The position numbers and the translations under genes are program-made. This document shows positions 40,591-52,500 of a stretch of 64,000 bases of DNA, piece by piece (the stretch's first letter is position 1; each line of letters opens with the position of its first letter). Under the pieces are notes generated by a model. It did not search any database and was not told the origin of the DNA. It saw only the letters and a list, made by a program, of their open reading frames with translations. Origin of the DNA: Lingula anatina. Its lineage: Eukaryota > Animalia > Brachiopoda. The DNA is taken from positions 16,182,001 through 16,246,000 of the forward strand of contig CM120641.1 in the NCBI GenBank assembly GCA_051362555.1, in the 5' to 3' direction.

Positions 40591-41463
40591 TTCAGACATT
40601 TGTAAGTATATAGCTTCCCAGACACGAAAAATTAATCAAAAGGATTCGAAAATGAAGCCATTGCAATTTTGTATCCCGAGAGGTTTTAAGCAGGCCCCGA
40701 AGACTGCCACAGTATTTAAGTGAGCGTTTTCATTCCGGAATAACATTTTGTTCCATTTACAAACACAAGTAAGAACAGATTTTGTCTTATCTAAAACGTA
40801 GACGTATTTTCATGTATTTACTTTTTCGTTTAACAAAAATCCTTTGAAATGATACGCATAATAAGCAGTAACTGTAATAATGACCTTTTTCTTTATCAAA
40901 TTGTTTCATCAGCAAAAATGACTTAACTGAACTGTATTAGACTCTATTAGACTGCACAGTGGGGACTTTCACATTATGCTTTAATTCAAACGCGTGCTTA
41001 TTTAATGTTTCCTAATTATTTAAGATATTCTCAATAACCTTTATTCCATGTCTGTGCTAAGAAGGAATAGACACAATTTTTTTATTAATTCTTATGTCAG
41101 AATTATGCCATGGTGGTATTGTCCCTCCCTCGGTCGCTTGCCCATTCCCATGATCTTTAGAGATGCATAACATTTGCACAAGATATCCGAATATCCTGCC
41201 AAAATTTATTTTGGACACGGTCCACCAACTTCCCTAGATAATCATCGCCAAAATTGAGCATATTTCGGATTGGATGTTACCCAATGTGGCTTCCAATATG
41301 TTAGTCCGAATCTGATTCCCAGTATAATTGTGTTATTGAGATGAAACCATATTCCAGGTTTTTATTCATATTTTAGTCACTTCAGTGCTATGAATCACTG
41401 TAAGTTTGAATAGAACTATAAATATTTTGATGCATCTAGAAAGATCTACATAATAGTTGTTGA

Positions 41464-41507
41464 ATACAGTCCGAGCTTTCGGCCCCTGGGCCTTCTTCAG
41501 GGAATAT
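41464..41507 (-). ncRNA. Minimal type I hammerhead ribozyme motif (left arm, identical copy on minus strand)
   Basis: Exact reverse complement of 41769-41812. Confidence 0.7.
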
Positions 41508-41768
41508 GAACAAAAAGTGAAAAAAAAAAAAACTCCTAGGATACGTGACGTCGGTGATGTGTTGAAGACATGCGATGGCCCAAAAGCGTGCTATACGTAA
41601 ACAACGTCAAAATTACGTAACAAAGAAAAAGTATTGAGTATTGATTTTTTTCTTTGTTACGTAATTTTGACGTTGTTTACGTATAGCACGCTTTTGGGCC
41701 ATCGCATGTCTTCAACACATCACCGACGTCACGTATCCTAGGAGTTTGTTTTTTTTCACTTTTTGTTC

Positions 41769-41812
41769 ATATTCCCTGAAGAAGGCCCAGGGGCCGAAAG
41801 CTCGGACTGTAT
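41769..41812 (+). ncRNA. Minimal type I hammerhead ribozyme motif (right arm)
   Basis: ATATTCC-CTGAAGA-A-GGCC-CAGG-GGCC-GAAA-GC-TC-GGA-CT-GTAT: core CUGANGA and GAAA, stem II GGCC/GGCC, rudimentary palindromic stem III (AGCU), UC cleavage site, and helix I UCC/GGA extended by AUAU/GUAU. Confidence 0.7.
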
Positions 41813-43082
41813 TCAACAACTATTATGTAGATCTTTCTAGATGCATCAAAATATTTATAGTTCTATTATTACCAAGATCTATACGGTGAATCAACATGAA
41901 TCCTCACTGTAAGTTTGAGGGACGGAAATGAACGTACCATATATATATTACTCTGTTTTGGATTTTAGGCGGCCAACCTTTCAAAACATACCTCTAAGAT
42001 TCCATGCGACTGTCTCTCGATGTGAAAAGCCATATATCCAATGTCTTAAAAACATAGAAATTGATCCTACTAGTATAACATACATACTGAATACAGTCTG
42101 TAATTGTCGTTGTTATGTGAAACAAGTTTAGATCTCTGTTTTTGTGCATTAGGATTCGTAGATTTTTATCATATATGTATGTTTTTAGCCATTTTTTTCT
42201 CACTTGAAGGGGAAAGCGAAAAGGTTGGTGATCTGGCACGGCGATGCCGAACAATGCGTTTGTACAAGTATGATACGCAGCATTTTACTAAAAATAAACA
42301 TTTCAAAACAAGTGTTTCTCTACAAAGTCACTGACTGGAGTTCCTGGAAAAACAGTGCATTTTCAGAAGGAAATGATGATTAAACTGTTCGACGCTGGTT
42401 TGTGTTTTTTTAATTTGATTCAGTATAATTTTCAAATTTTGTTGAAAGTCGTAAGTAATTAAGAAAAACATTCATACAAACGGCTGCAGTGGGATGCCAG
42501 AGGTAACTTGGCATGCATAACAAACTATATCTATAACTCAAAGGTATTGTTGCTATTAGGGGGAAAACAGATTAGGCATCACCACCTCTTCTGCGATTAA
42601 ACCGCACATTCTGATTAGTTTGAAACACCCCATTGTTGAAATCTAATCAAATCTTAATAATAAAATTAATGAAATTTCCATAAATAAATTTTATTGAAAT
42701 ATGAATAATATATCACCTGAATTGCCAAATCTTCTCCTGATTTTACAGGTCTTGCGTTTAGTAATCTATTTCTCAATGGTACACTGCATCAATTCACAGC
42801 ACGTGGTGCATCATAAACACAACAATATTACATAAGCTTCTTTTAAGACAGATTAGCACATGCGCACATTCTATTCAAAACAAACAGTTTTCAAAACAAA
42901 TATGCCCCATGAATGTTGCAATCACCTCTCGATTTCACCGAAAAGAAGATTACTTAACAAAGCTTTATTTCTCAGAACACGAAACTGTTTTCTGACAAAG
43001 CCACGCCCATCGCGGTCTGTACTTCCACAATTCATTTCGGATTGGTTCGTCTTGTTGCAATCGATTTATGGCACCCGGCAAA

Positions 43083-43207
43083 CTATAAATACCACAGGAT
43101 CCAAACGAAGACACAGACTGCACGGCAGTTGTCATACTGAAAGCTATATCGGCGAAGGTACGCACTGATAGAAGCCAATAAGTACACAGAATTCTTCATC
43201 TTTAAAG
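43083..43207 (+). promoter_or_regulatory. TATA box and probable non-coding first exon of the RASD-like gene
   Basis: CTATAAAT at about 43083, preceded by CCACGCCC (KLF/SP-like) and ATTGG (reverse CCAAT). Donor AAG|GTAAGG after 43207; acceptor TTCTAG at 44097, 55 nt upstream of the Kozak-context GCCACCATG. Confidence 0.55.
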
Positions 43208-44152
43208 GTAAGGACTTTTTATATGAAATTCAAGATTGAAGTCACGTATATTTGTTTTTTCCTGGGAAGAGGTCCGTCGGCTTGATATGTGTATTATACA
43301 ACTAGAAGATCTTGCTGAAATCTCAAGACACAAGCAATGAACATATTACACATCGCAGCTGTCAGCTGTATCAGCATTGAGGTTTTCTATGAAGTTTATT
43401 TTTTATAATCTACATGCATTGACCAGCTTAGAGAATTGGGTGATGGATTAGCATGGTTATTTACATACAAATGATCCATACGCCGGTCATATCTTATTTC
43501 AACTCAAATTTGTGTGAAATCTATGGTATTGAAAACATTGTTTTTGTAAAGCGATGGAAAAAAGTTAAAAAAAATACTTACAATGCTCGTTGATGGCACC
43601 TTAATTATTCCTACCTGTGCGTTCATTTTACATTGTGTGCAGGCAGTATTCGCGTGCAGTGATATAATTTCCTCCAAAGGATTTCAGTAGCAATAATTAC
43701 TCCTGTTCACTGTTATGTATACTTTAGTTGTAACTCACAAGATATTTGTGTTTATTGGTTGTGTTGCTATTTTTGCAAGAGGCAGGTGCAACTTTTTTGA
43801 GCAATGCCGCCGCCAAGGCTCTGAAGCAAATAGCTTGGTCGCCATTGTGTCAACTCATTAGCGTTTCTGTCGTTCTTTGGCAAAGTTGAATATTATTAAT
43901 ATATACGTTATTACGGTTGTTGTACAATGTAACAATTGAAAGCCAGTCGTAAAGCTGATTAATACCCTAAAAAACATCCTAGTGATTTCTCAGTTTGAAT
44001 GTCAGTATTCTTTCTAAAAAAAGAAACATTCGAATATTACCTGTTACGTTAAGTTAAAGAGCATAAAATAGCACAAACGACCCATTTCCAATTCTAGGTG
44101 AAGATTTGGTTACACCCTCTGGTACTGTGCTTCTAACAGACGACCCGCCACC

Positions 44153-44833
44153 ATGCCTAAGCCACCGATGGTCAAATGTCCATCCACGGACAGTGCGATG
44201 GACAGCAGCAAGGCGCAAGAAGGCAAACGTCATTACCGCATAGTTATCCTTGGACCGGCCAAAGTGGGGAAGACTAGCATCATCTCGCAATTTCTATACG
44301 AGAATTTCCAACAACAATATGTTCCAACGGTGGAGGAGCTCCACAGAAGTCATTATGAGATAGACGGAATGAAATTAACCCTTGACATTATCGACACTTC
44401 AGGTGAATACGAATTTCCCGCCATGAGGAGACTTAACATTTGCAATGGGGATGCTTTCGTTTTAGTCTATTCTCTAGCAGACGAGTCAACTTTAGACGAG
44501 GTGAAAAAAATCAGACAACAAATTTTGGACGAAAAGAAAACTGATGAGGTGCCAATAGTTATAGTTGGCAATAAGTCAGATATAGCAGATAAAGAACGTG
44601 AAATGCAGCGGGAGACGGTTGAAACCGTAGTAAACATTGACTGGGGGAATGGTTACGTTGAATCCAGTGCACAGAATAATATAAATATTGATGAGATCTT
44701 CAAAGAGCTTTTAGTGCAATCTCGCATTCAGTTCCAGTTAAGTCCGGCCATAAGACGTCGCAAACGGCAATCGGTCCCCAATTTATCAAACAGGAAAAGT
44801 TTCAAACAGACTTCAGGGTGTATTATATCATAA
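44153..44833 (+). CDS. Ras-family small GTPase, RASD (Rhes/Dexras1)-like, single coding exon
   Basis: G1 GPAKVGKT, G2 YVPTVEE, G3 DTSG..FPAMRRL, G4 VGNKSD, G5 ESSA, polybasic IRRRKR and C-terminal CaaX CIIS; perfect Kozak GCCACCATG. Confidence 0.92.
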   Translation: MPKPPMVKCPSTDSAMDSSKAQEGKRHYRIVILGPAKVGKTSIISQFLYENFQQQYVPTVEELHRSHYEIDGMKLTLDIIDTSGEYEFPAMRRLNICNGDAFVLVYSLADESTLDEVKKIRQQILDEKKTDEVPIVIVGNKSDIADKEREMQRETVETVVNIDWGNGYVESSAQNNINIDEIFKELLVQSRIQFQLSPAIRRRKRQSVPNLSNRKSFKQTSGCIIS

Positions 44834-47800
44834 GTGTAAATTTCACCAGAACTGATATAAGAATTGAACTTTAATGTACATATGTAAAAAGTAATTTATT
44901 TCCGTAGAATTGTATGTTCTGACATATCCTTTGATTGTATAAATCAGATTATAAATAAGAATGAATTCTGTTAATGCTCAATTGTCAATTGTCGTTGTGT
45001 ATGTAATAAATAATCAATCATAACGCCTTGTTGTTAATGCCTTATCTAAATCAGTTATATGTCAAAAGCCTTCTAACAGTAACACAGTTAAGTCCTGTCT
45101 TCTTATTTCCACTTGTAAGTCTCTCAGGAATGTGACATCCTATCCCTTTCGTGCCTCTTATTTGTGTAAATATACAAGTGCATCAACGTGGCATATTTGC
45201 CCACACAGAACATACTAACAAATTTCAACGTAAACCCACAATTTTTGACCATATAGAGCCCTACAATTCTACAAGAGCTAAAATACTGCAGAATAGAACA
45301 CGGCGAGGTTTACCGTTTTCTGCTAGAACCGTGATTTAAGTCAGATTAAGCACTCGTCACTAAGCTTTGCTATCAGTCTGCAAGTCCGCGACCCGTACTT
45401 TGTCTATTACATTTGCCAACGCTTTCTATATTACAAAAAAAGATGGTCGCTGTTCAAACTTTACAATACTGGCCCACAGTCCCCTTTTCGACCAATCTAT
45501 TGTGTTAGAGAAGAAAGCTGATCGTATACTAAAATTATTAGTGTTAATAAAAGGAGACTGGGTGAAATGATATTACAGAAGAATTGCTATACATGATAGA
45601 GATTAAAATGCATCAGAATTTTGCCTTGTTGCCCAACAATGTTAAATCTTTAAAGTCAACATGCGTTTTACTAAACTTTTTATTATTCGTCAATTTCAGG
45701 ATGAACTATTCCTAAATGCATTCAAATTTCACAAAGTGACCTTAAGTAAAAGTAATCAGAAAATAACAAATTTGAAACTTGACCCGCATTTTGCAATACA
45801 AAATCTTCAGTAAGTTTTAATTAAAGACAAAAATAAAGCCGATTTAACAAATACCACATAACTTTCGAAGCTAACCTGTACTTTTTCGAAGAAAACTCCC
45901 CAGTGAATATGAAATAAAACAAGAGAAATCTCTGTCTAATTATATTGAGACCGAATGTAAAATGAATACGAAATTAAATGTTTCATAGAGTCAAATGTTT
46001 CATATAGTTTCATAAATACTGGCCGCGTACTAAAGAACCTTGTTTGCTTCCTAATGTTCTTTCCTATGCCCTATGTGATTTCCTCGAACGGCCATTTCCA
46101 TTATGTACTAGGGGGAAAAATGACCAGGCGTCAAATATGAACAGCACTGAGATGCAGTATACAAGAACAGAAGCTTTTTTAAAACTATCAACAACCCACG
46201 AATCCCCATGACTCTGAACCAATAACCGGTCAACTAACTTCCACATATGTATCGTCTCTCACGTCTAATTGCTGGAAGATCTTATCTTGACAGAAGGGTT
46301 GTCATCAATCTGAAGCACGTTTATGCGCGTGGGTTCTTTGCACGTGCGCAATTGAAACAGACTCGGTTCTTTTTTTTTTTTTTTTTTTCATAAAAGGTTG
46401 CATGCACCTTGATTCTTGGTGTAAGAAGCCGGACAAAATCATCATTACTTATGTTGAATTTTAATTTTTATAGTCATAACGTTTCTTATTAATTTACTAG
46501 TACATTTACAACAAGTAAAGACTAGATCTTCTGATTGTTTTAAGCAGCCGGTTTTACCGTCAGTTTATTCCTTTTATTCCTTTTAAGATTAAACAATCAG
46601 GATTAACTTCAAGAGAACAATTTTTTGCAATGGTGGCATAGATGTATGAACAGATGAACGGATACTTATCAAGCCCGATTACGGCCAGGACAGTTATGAA
46701 GAAGTTAAAATTAAGAGGAAGGCCCACATTGGATTTAAAAGCCACCGAATGGTAGATTTGCTCAAGTTAAAGCTAGGTTTTAGCAGGGTTTTAAGAAAAA
46801 TCGTTAGAGTTAAGTTTCAATGTGCATCAAAGAACTGTGCGTGACATACTGTTTGGTATGTACCTAAAACAATGTTCAAACTGTATGAGATGTTGTACAT
46901 GTAGCTTTAACGCATGCACATGATGGGTTGCCTGCAATTCGACCAACACAATTCTGCATATGGAAACTGCTTTATTTGTAGTTTTTAAGAAATAGCATGC
47001 ACTGCCTCACCCCATCAGTCGTGTTTAAACTTGAAATAACCACAATCAGGTTAAGTGCATTTCCATGACAGTTTGATTTTATTAGTTGTACGTATTACAC
47101 GTGATACCCGATATCAAACAAACTTGCACGAGAGACACTAAAAGCTCTCCTGGGTTTAAATTAAAACTCACGCGCTATTTGTCGTGCTGTACACTTATTA
47201 CCTAAAACAAACGTTCAATAAGAACGTCACGTGTAAGACAATCGCGTGAAGGCATACTAATCAGTGACTAATCCAGAGTATTTTCCAATCTCAATCCCTC
47301 ATTAACAAATTTAGTTGAATTCCTACGACGACGTGATATATGCGTTGAAGAAAATATTTTCCTGCTTTTACAGGACTGTTAGATATTAAAACCACTAACT
47401 GCAAAGTGGTAAATGTAAATGTGTGGTATACGTTCCCCAGCATATTGGAAGTTTTCAACTTTGAACTGATAATATCGCTTTTAATTTCTATGGATAGTAG
47501 ACAGCATACAGTACGTGTTAGTAAGGACCCGCCAAAAAAACCGTTGTTTTAGTTGTTTGACGCGTTTTAGGGGTGTTTGTCACATATAATATGGGGTAAT
47601 TAACCAACGTGCGTTCTTTAGTAGAAAGGACAGTTGCAATAATAAAGAAAATACAAACCCATTCTTTGTCGCTATTTTAACTGTCCCTGAAATACACACA
47701 TTTTCAACATTTTCAAACCTTGATGAACTGAAAAAACCTTGAAGGCATTATCAGGAGCCTTTTCAATGGAACCTCTGTCATTCACGCCTCTTATTAACTT

Positions 47801-49128
47801 GCAGCGTATGTCTAAAGGCCGTAGAATTAAACTTCCTCTTAATGTTTATATTTTAACATTTTGGCCGCATTTTCCGTAAGGCTTGGACCTTGGTAATGTT
47901 GACCGACACACAAATTAAAGGAAAGTAACCATTTTAATCAACAATGAATGTTGGTTGTGTTGGAAGAAGCATAGTCTCTATTGCATGATCTAGATTGCAT
48001 TATCTACCATTATCTAGATACATAAGCGGTTTCTAAGCACATTTCCCCACTAAAAAGCTTATAACCACTTAAAATTCCCTATTAGAGACGGGATTACGCA
48101 ACAAGCATTCAAGTGGGTCGGTCATATTTGATCCGTGGATCTGTTAGACCACCATTCTGAACGCGCTCTCACAGAAGGTAATATTGATTTTGTTTGTCAG
48201 TTGGATCAGGGAATTATATCGGATTTACCAGACATCATAACAACGTGTTTACAAGACAATCGCGTGATATGAGGGAATGTTAATATAGGGCCTATACATC
48301 TCCCAGTCTGCTGTTGACAATTTCTCATTAACGACTTCAAATGAAGTCTACGAGAAAGAAAGATGCATATGCGATTAACATTTTTTCCTGCTTTCACTCA
48401 AACTCCATAGTCACTAGATTGAAATTTCTGTGAAATGACCTCACACACTTGCAGCAAAATGGACAAAAATTATTTCGCCCGCCTAAAAGAAATTAAAGGC
48501 TTTTCATTTTTATGAGCCCGCATATGTAGTATACGCAGCAAATCTTTTCATATCTAAAACGACTTTCACACAGGGCACTGCGTTCATACGGTATTTTAGG
48601 TCACTAGATTGCAGATAACGCTGAGAATTTGTCTCAGCTATGACCTAACATTTGAGAACCTGGCAGGAACTGGACCCGACTCGTCTCGTAACCGTAGGCT
48701 TTGTGTTAAGTCTTGTCTACTTTATAGCTTGAGGTAAGTGGACATAATGTCCACCAAATCGTAACAGGATGTGCGTGTAGTTTGTTTGTAGTTGGCTGTA
48801 AATTGTGTAAATTGCATAAAGTTAAAAGAGCCGCAAATTCGGTCAAAGAATTATGGATCAACTTTGCCTCTATTCTTTATATCCTTGCCATCCTCCTTGG
48901 TTGAAGGTAATCTCCCGTGGCCTATTTTATGCTCTTGCAGTATGCGCGTGCCTAGTCCCTTTGACCCCCAATATGTATACGATAGTGTATCAATCACTTC
49001 TTTTTTAGGCCATTCACATTAGAAAGTTAACCGCGGTCGCGTTTCCTCTGTTTGGACGTAATTGGACTTTTTGTCCTGGGACTGTTCTGACCTGCATCTA
49101 GACAAGACGAACAAGAATGTATTGTGCA

Positions 49129-49190
49129 TACCCGTTTATGCAATACTGTAACTGTACAACCTTTTTTTTACTGAGAGAGAAAGTATGTAA

Positions 49191-49235
<45 letters not shown>

Positions 49236-49310
49236 TTTGTGTGCGATTCATAAGTCAAAAAATGCAAAAATGTAAGATTATATATTTATTTGCTACTGAA
49301 AAAAAAAAAA
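49129..49310 (+). mobile_element. Possible short retroposed insertion (poly-A tail, 16-bp flanking direct repeat) containing a (GT)n tract
   Basis: AAGAATGTATTGTGCA at 49113-49128 and 49311-49326; A-run 49299-49310 immediately before the second copy; (GT)n at 49193-49242. Confidence 0.45.
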
Positions 49311-49506
49311 AAGAATGTATTGTGCAGAACACCTTTGCCCTAATAGGATCTATAGTTTTGAATTGATATGATCCCCATGTATAAAACAAGGCAAAGTAAA
49401 CATACCGGGTATTTTGTATGATCCCATGTAAAACAGGGCAAAGTAAAAATATGTTGTACAACGTAATGTAATTTTTTTTCATACAGTAAAGCATCTCATG
49501 TTCACC

Positions 49507-52500
49507 ATGAGTGAGAGGCAGACAACAGATGTGTTCCCGGGGGTACAGAAGACGGAGCCAAAACCTGAGATTTTCACTGTCCCCCCACCTCAGCCCAAGA
49601 AAAAGAAACCTGGTCAGCTCACTGCCCAGCAGGTCAAACAATTCTTTGAAGAGGTAGATATTATAGTGAATAGGTTGTTATCAATTTGTTATCAATTTTT
49701 ATTGTATTTAGAATATTTTAACACTGCAAGCCACATGAAAATTTTCTTCACTTTTTACGTATACTTCTTTGTATTCTGGCATAATTTCAAAATAATTTAG
49801 TTTTACAATACTCCAGGGCTATGTCGTTGTAGAAGATTTCTTTACGCGCGAAGAACTTGATGCATGTAGAGACGCTGTGGCGGGGTTGGTGGATGATCTG
49901 GCAAAGAAGTTGTATGATGGTGGGAAGATTAAGAGTAAGGATTGCACAGGCCACACCAGGGAGGAGTATTAGTGTTTTTAGCTTGCAGACATGCCTTTTA
50001 AAAAATCTTTTACCCCAACCCCCTTCAAGTAAAATCACAGAGCTGCCATTTATGTTGGCTAGGACCTTATGAAATAAGTAATAAATATTTGTTTTAGCTG
50101 GAGAAATATACTTTGATGTTAATATTCATTTTGCCAATTATCATCATTTTAATTAAAACTTCATCCTTCTTCATCACAAATACACTTTGACATGGAAACC
50201 AAATCCCTCTGGCAGACAGAAACTTGCATATGAGGATGATATACTTTCATGTTATTATTGTACCACCAGCGTTAGCGCTGGCGGTACACATGGTTTCGGT
50301 CCCGTCCGGATCGTTCCGCCGGCTCCGCCGGCTCCGCCAGCTCCGCCGGCTCCGCCGGCTCCGCCGGCTCCGCCGGACGGCTACCGTTACCGCTTCTCCT
50401 CCTAGACGGTAAGGGCCCCCGTACCCATCTCATGGATTTAGGTCACCTATAATCTCAACTCGTTCCACGTAAAATTTGGGCTTTGTCGGTATTGGGGTCT
50501 GGGTGTGGCACTCATTACAATGCACCCTTGTCTAAAAATGGCAAAATTAAATGCTAATTATCTACCCTACGGAAGGAGTTATGGGAAAAATTTCTATAGA
50601 CGGCTTTCCAAAAGTCATATGTGTAGATTTCAAATATACCCTTGGATTTGACCTTTGACCTTTACTTCAAGGTCAAATGGGTCAAAATTTTCAAAAAAAT
50701 GAAATTTTTTACGAAAAAAATTTTTTTTGCCCTGTTATTCAGACACTATACAGACTTAACCAATAATATTATTGGAAAGTGTTACCCTTCAGGTCATCTT
50801 TCATCTCAATGAATTTGGGGTCAATCGGTGCATTTTCACGGGAGTAGCGGCCATAAGATACCGAAACTGAAAACTGTCTCTAATTCGGGAACCGTTAATG
50901 CTAAAGACCCATTCTTTTTTGCATTTTGTAGAGCATGTAAAGCCCAACACTGAAGGTGGTCTCGGTTTTTTTGTATTCCATACGGTTTTCGAGTTATGCT
51001 GTATCAAAAAGTACATATTGGTGGTAAAAGCAAAATGTGCAGTACGGTAATGGATAATAAATTTTGAACTCTGGAAAAATAAAACATAAGGCTTGGCAAA
51101 GCAGACAGCTTGTGTTCAAAAATGACATTATTTCATCAAATTTGAACTTCTGAAACTTCAGGGCACCTCCTATATCAAGAATTTTGACCAAAATGACATT
51201 TTCTTTATTTTAATTAATTTTTTCTGTACGAAATGTAAGGCACATTATGGTAACTCCAAAATTATAACATTTAGTCCCTTATATCTCCAAAACTGGCAGA
51301 GATAGGTCCATTGTTACTATTGAAGTTGAATAGGAAGTCATATACTGGCAATCTTACTGTGACCTTGAAATTGACCTTTGACCTACTTTTCACCATGAAC
51401 TGAACTTTGCAAATTTTGCTTCCCTTTTATCTCCAAAACTGGCTGAGATAGGTCCATAGTTACTATTGAACTTGAATAGGAAGTCATATACTGGCAATCT
51501 AAATGTGACCTTGAAATTGACCTTTGACCTACTTTTCACCATGAATTGAACTTTGCAAATTTTGCTTTCCTTTTATCTCCAAAACTGGCAGAGATAGGTC
51601 CATAGTTACTATTGAACTTGAATAGGAAGTCATATACTGGCAATCTATATGTGACCTTAAAATTGACCTTTGACCTACTTTTCACCATGAACTGAACTTT
51701 GCAAATTTTGCCTTCTTTTATCTCCAAAACTGGCTGAGATAGGTCCCTAGTTACTATTGAACTTGAATAGGAAGTCATATACTGGCAATCTATATGTGAC
51801 CTTAAAATTGACCTTTGACCTACTTTTCACCATGAACTGAACTTTGCAAATTTTTCTTCCCTTTTATCTCCAAAACTGGCAGAGATAGGTCCATAGTTAC
51901 TATCGAACTTGAATAGGAAGTCATATACTGGCAATCTAAACGTGACCTTAAAATTGACCTTTGACCTACTTTACACCATGAACTGAATTTTGCAAATTTT
52001 GCTTTCCTTTTATCTCCAAAACTGGCTGAGATAGGTCCGTAATTACTATTGAACTTGAATAGGAAGTCATATACTGGCAATCTACATGTGACCTTAAAAT
52101 TGACCTTTGACCTACTTTTCACCATGAACTGAACTTTGCAAATTTTTCTTCCCTTTTATCTCCAAAACTGGCAGAGATAGGTCCATAGTTACTATTGAAC
52201 TTGAATAGGAAGTCATATACTGGCAATCTAAATGTGATCTTAAAATTGACCTTTGACCTACTTTTCACCATGAACTGAACTTTGCAAATTTTGCTTCCCT
52301 TTTATCTCCAAAACTGGCTGAGATAGGTCCATAGTTAGTATTGAACTTGAATAGAAAGTCATATACTGGCAATCTAAATGTGACCTTAAAATTGACCTTT
52401 GACCTACTTTTCACCATGAACTGAACTTTGCAAATTTTGCTTTCCTTTTATCTCCAAAACTGGCTGAGATAGGTCCGTAGTTACTATTGAACTTGAATAG

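Larger units (their letters stand above)
41410..41903. mobile_element. Palindromic insertion, probable Penelope-like retroelement inverted pseudo-LTR remnant
   Basis: Arms 41409-41630 and 41647-41867 are reverse complements except within one A/T homopolymer; 16-nt spacer; 36-nt unpaired tail 41868-41903; 15-bp direct repeat TCACTGTAAGTTTGA at 41395-41409 and 41904-41918; hammerhead motif in each arm. Confidence 0.75.

Noticed and set aside
46310-46370. SINE core fragment (GGGTTCTTT..ACGTGCGC...CTCGGTT)
   Set aside because: Too short, with no tRNA-like A/B boxes or flanking duplication to support it.
50187-50412. Pro/Ala-rich and Arg-rich ORFs
   Set aside because: They are translations of the 9-bp microsatellite at the head of the HINE-like element.
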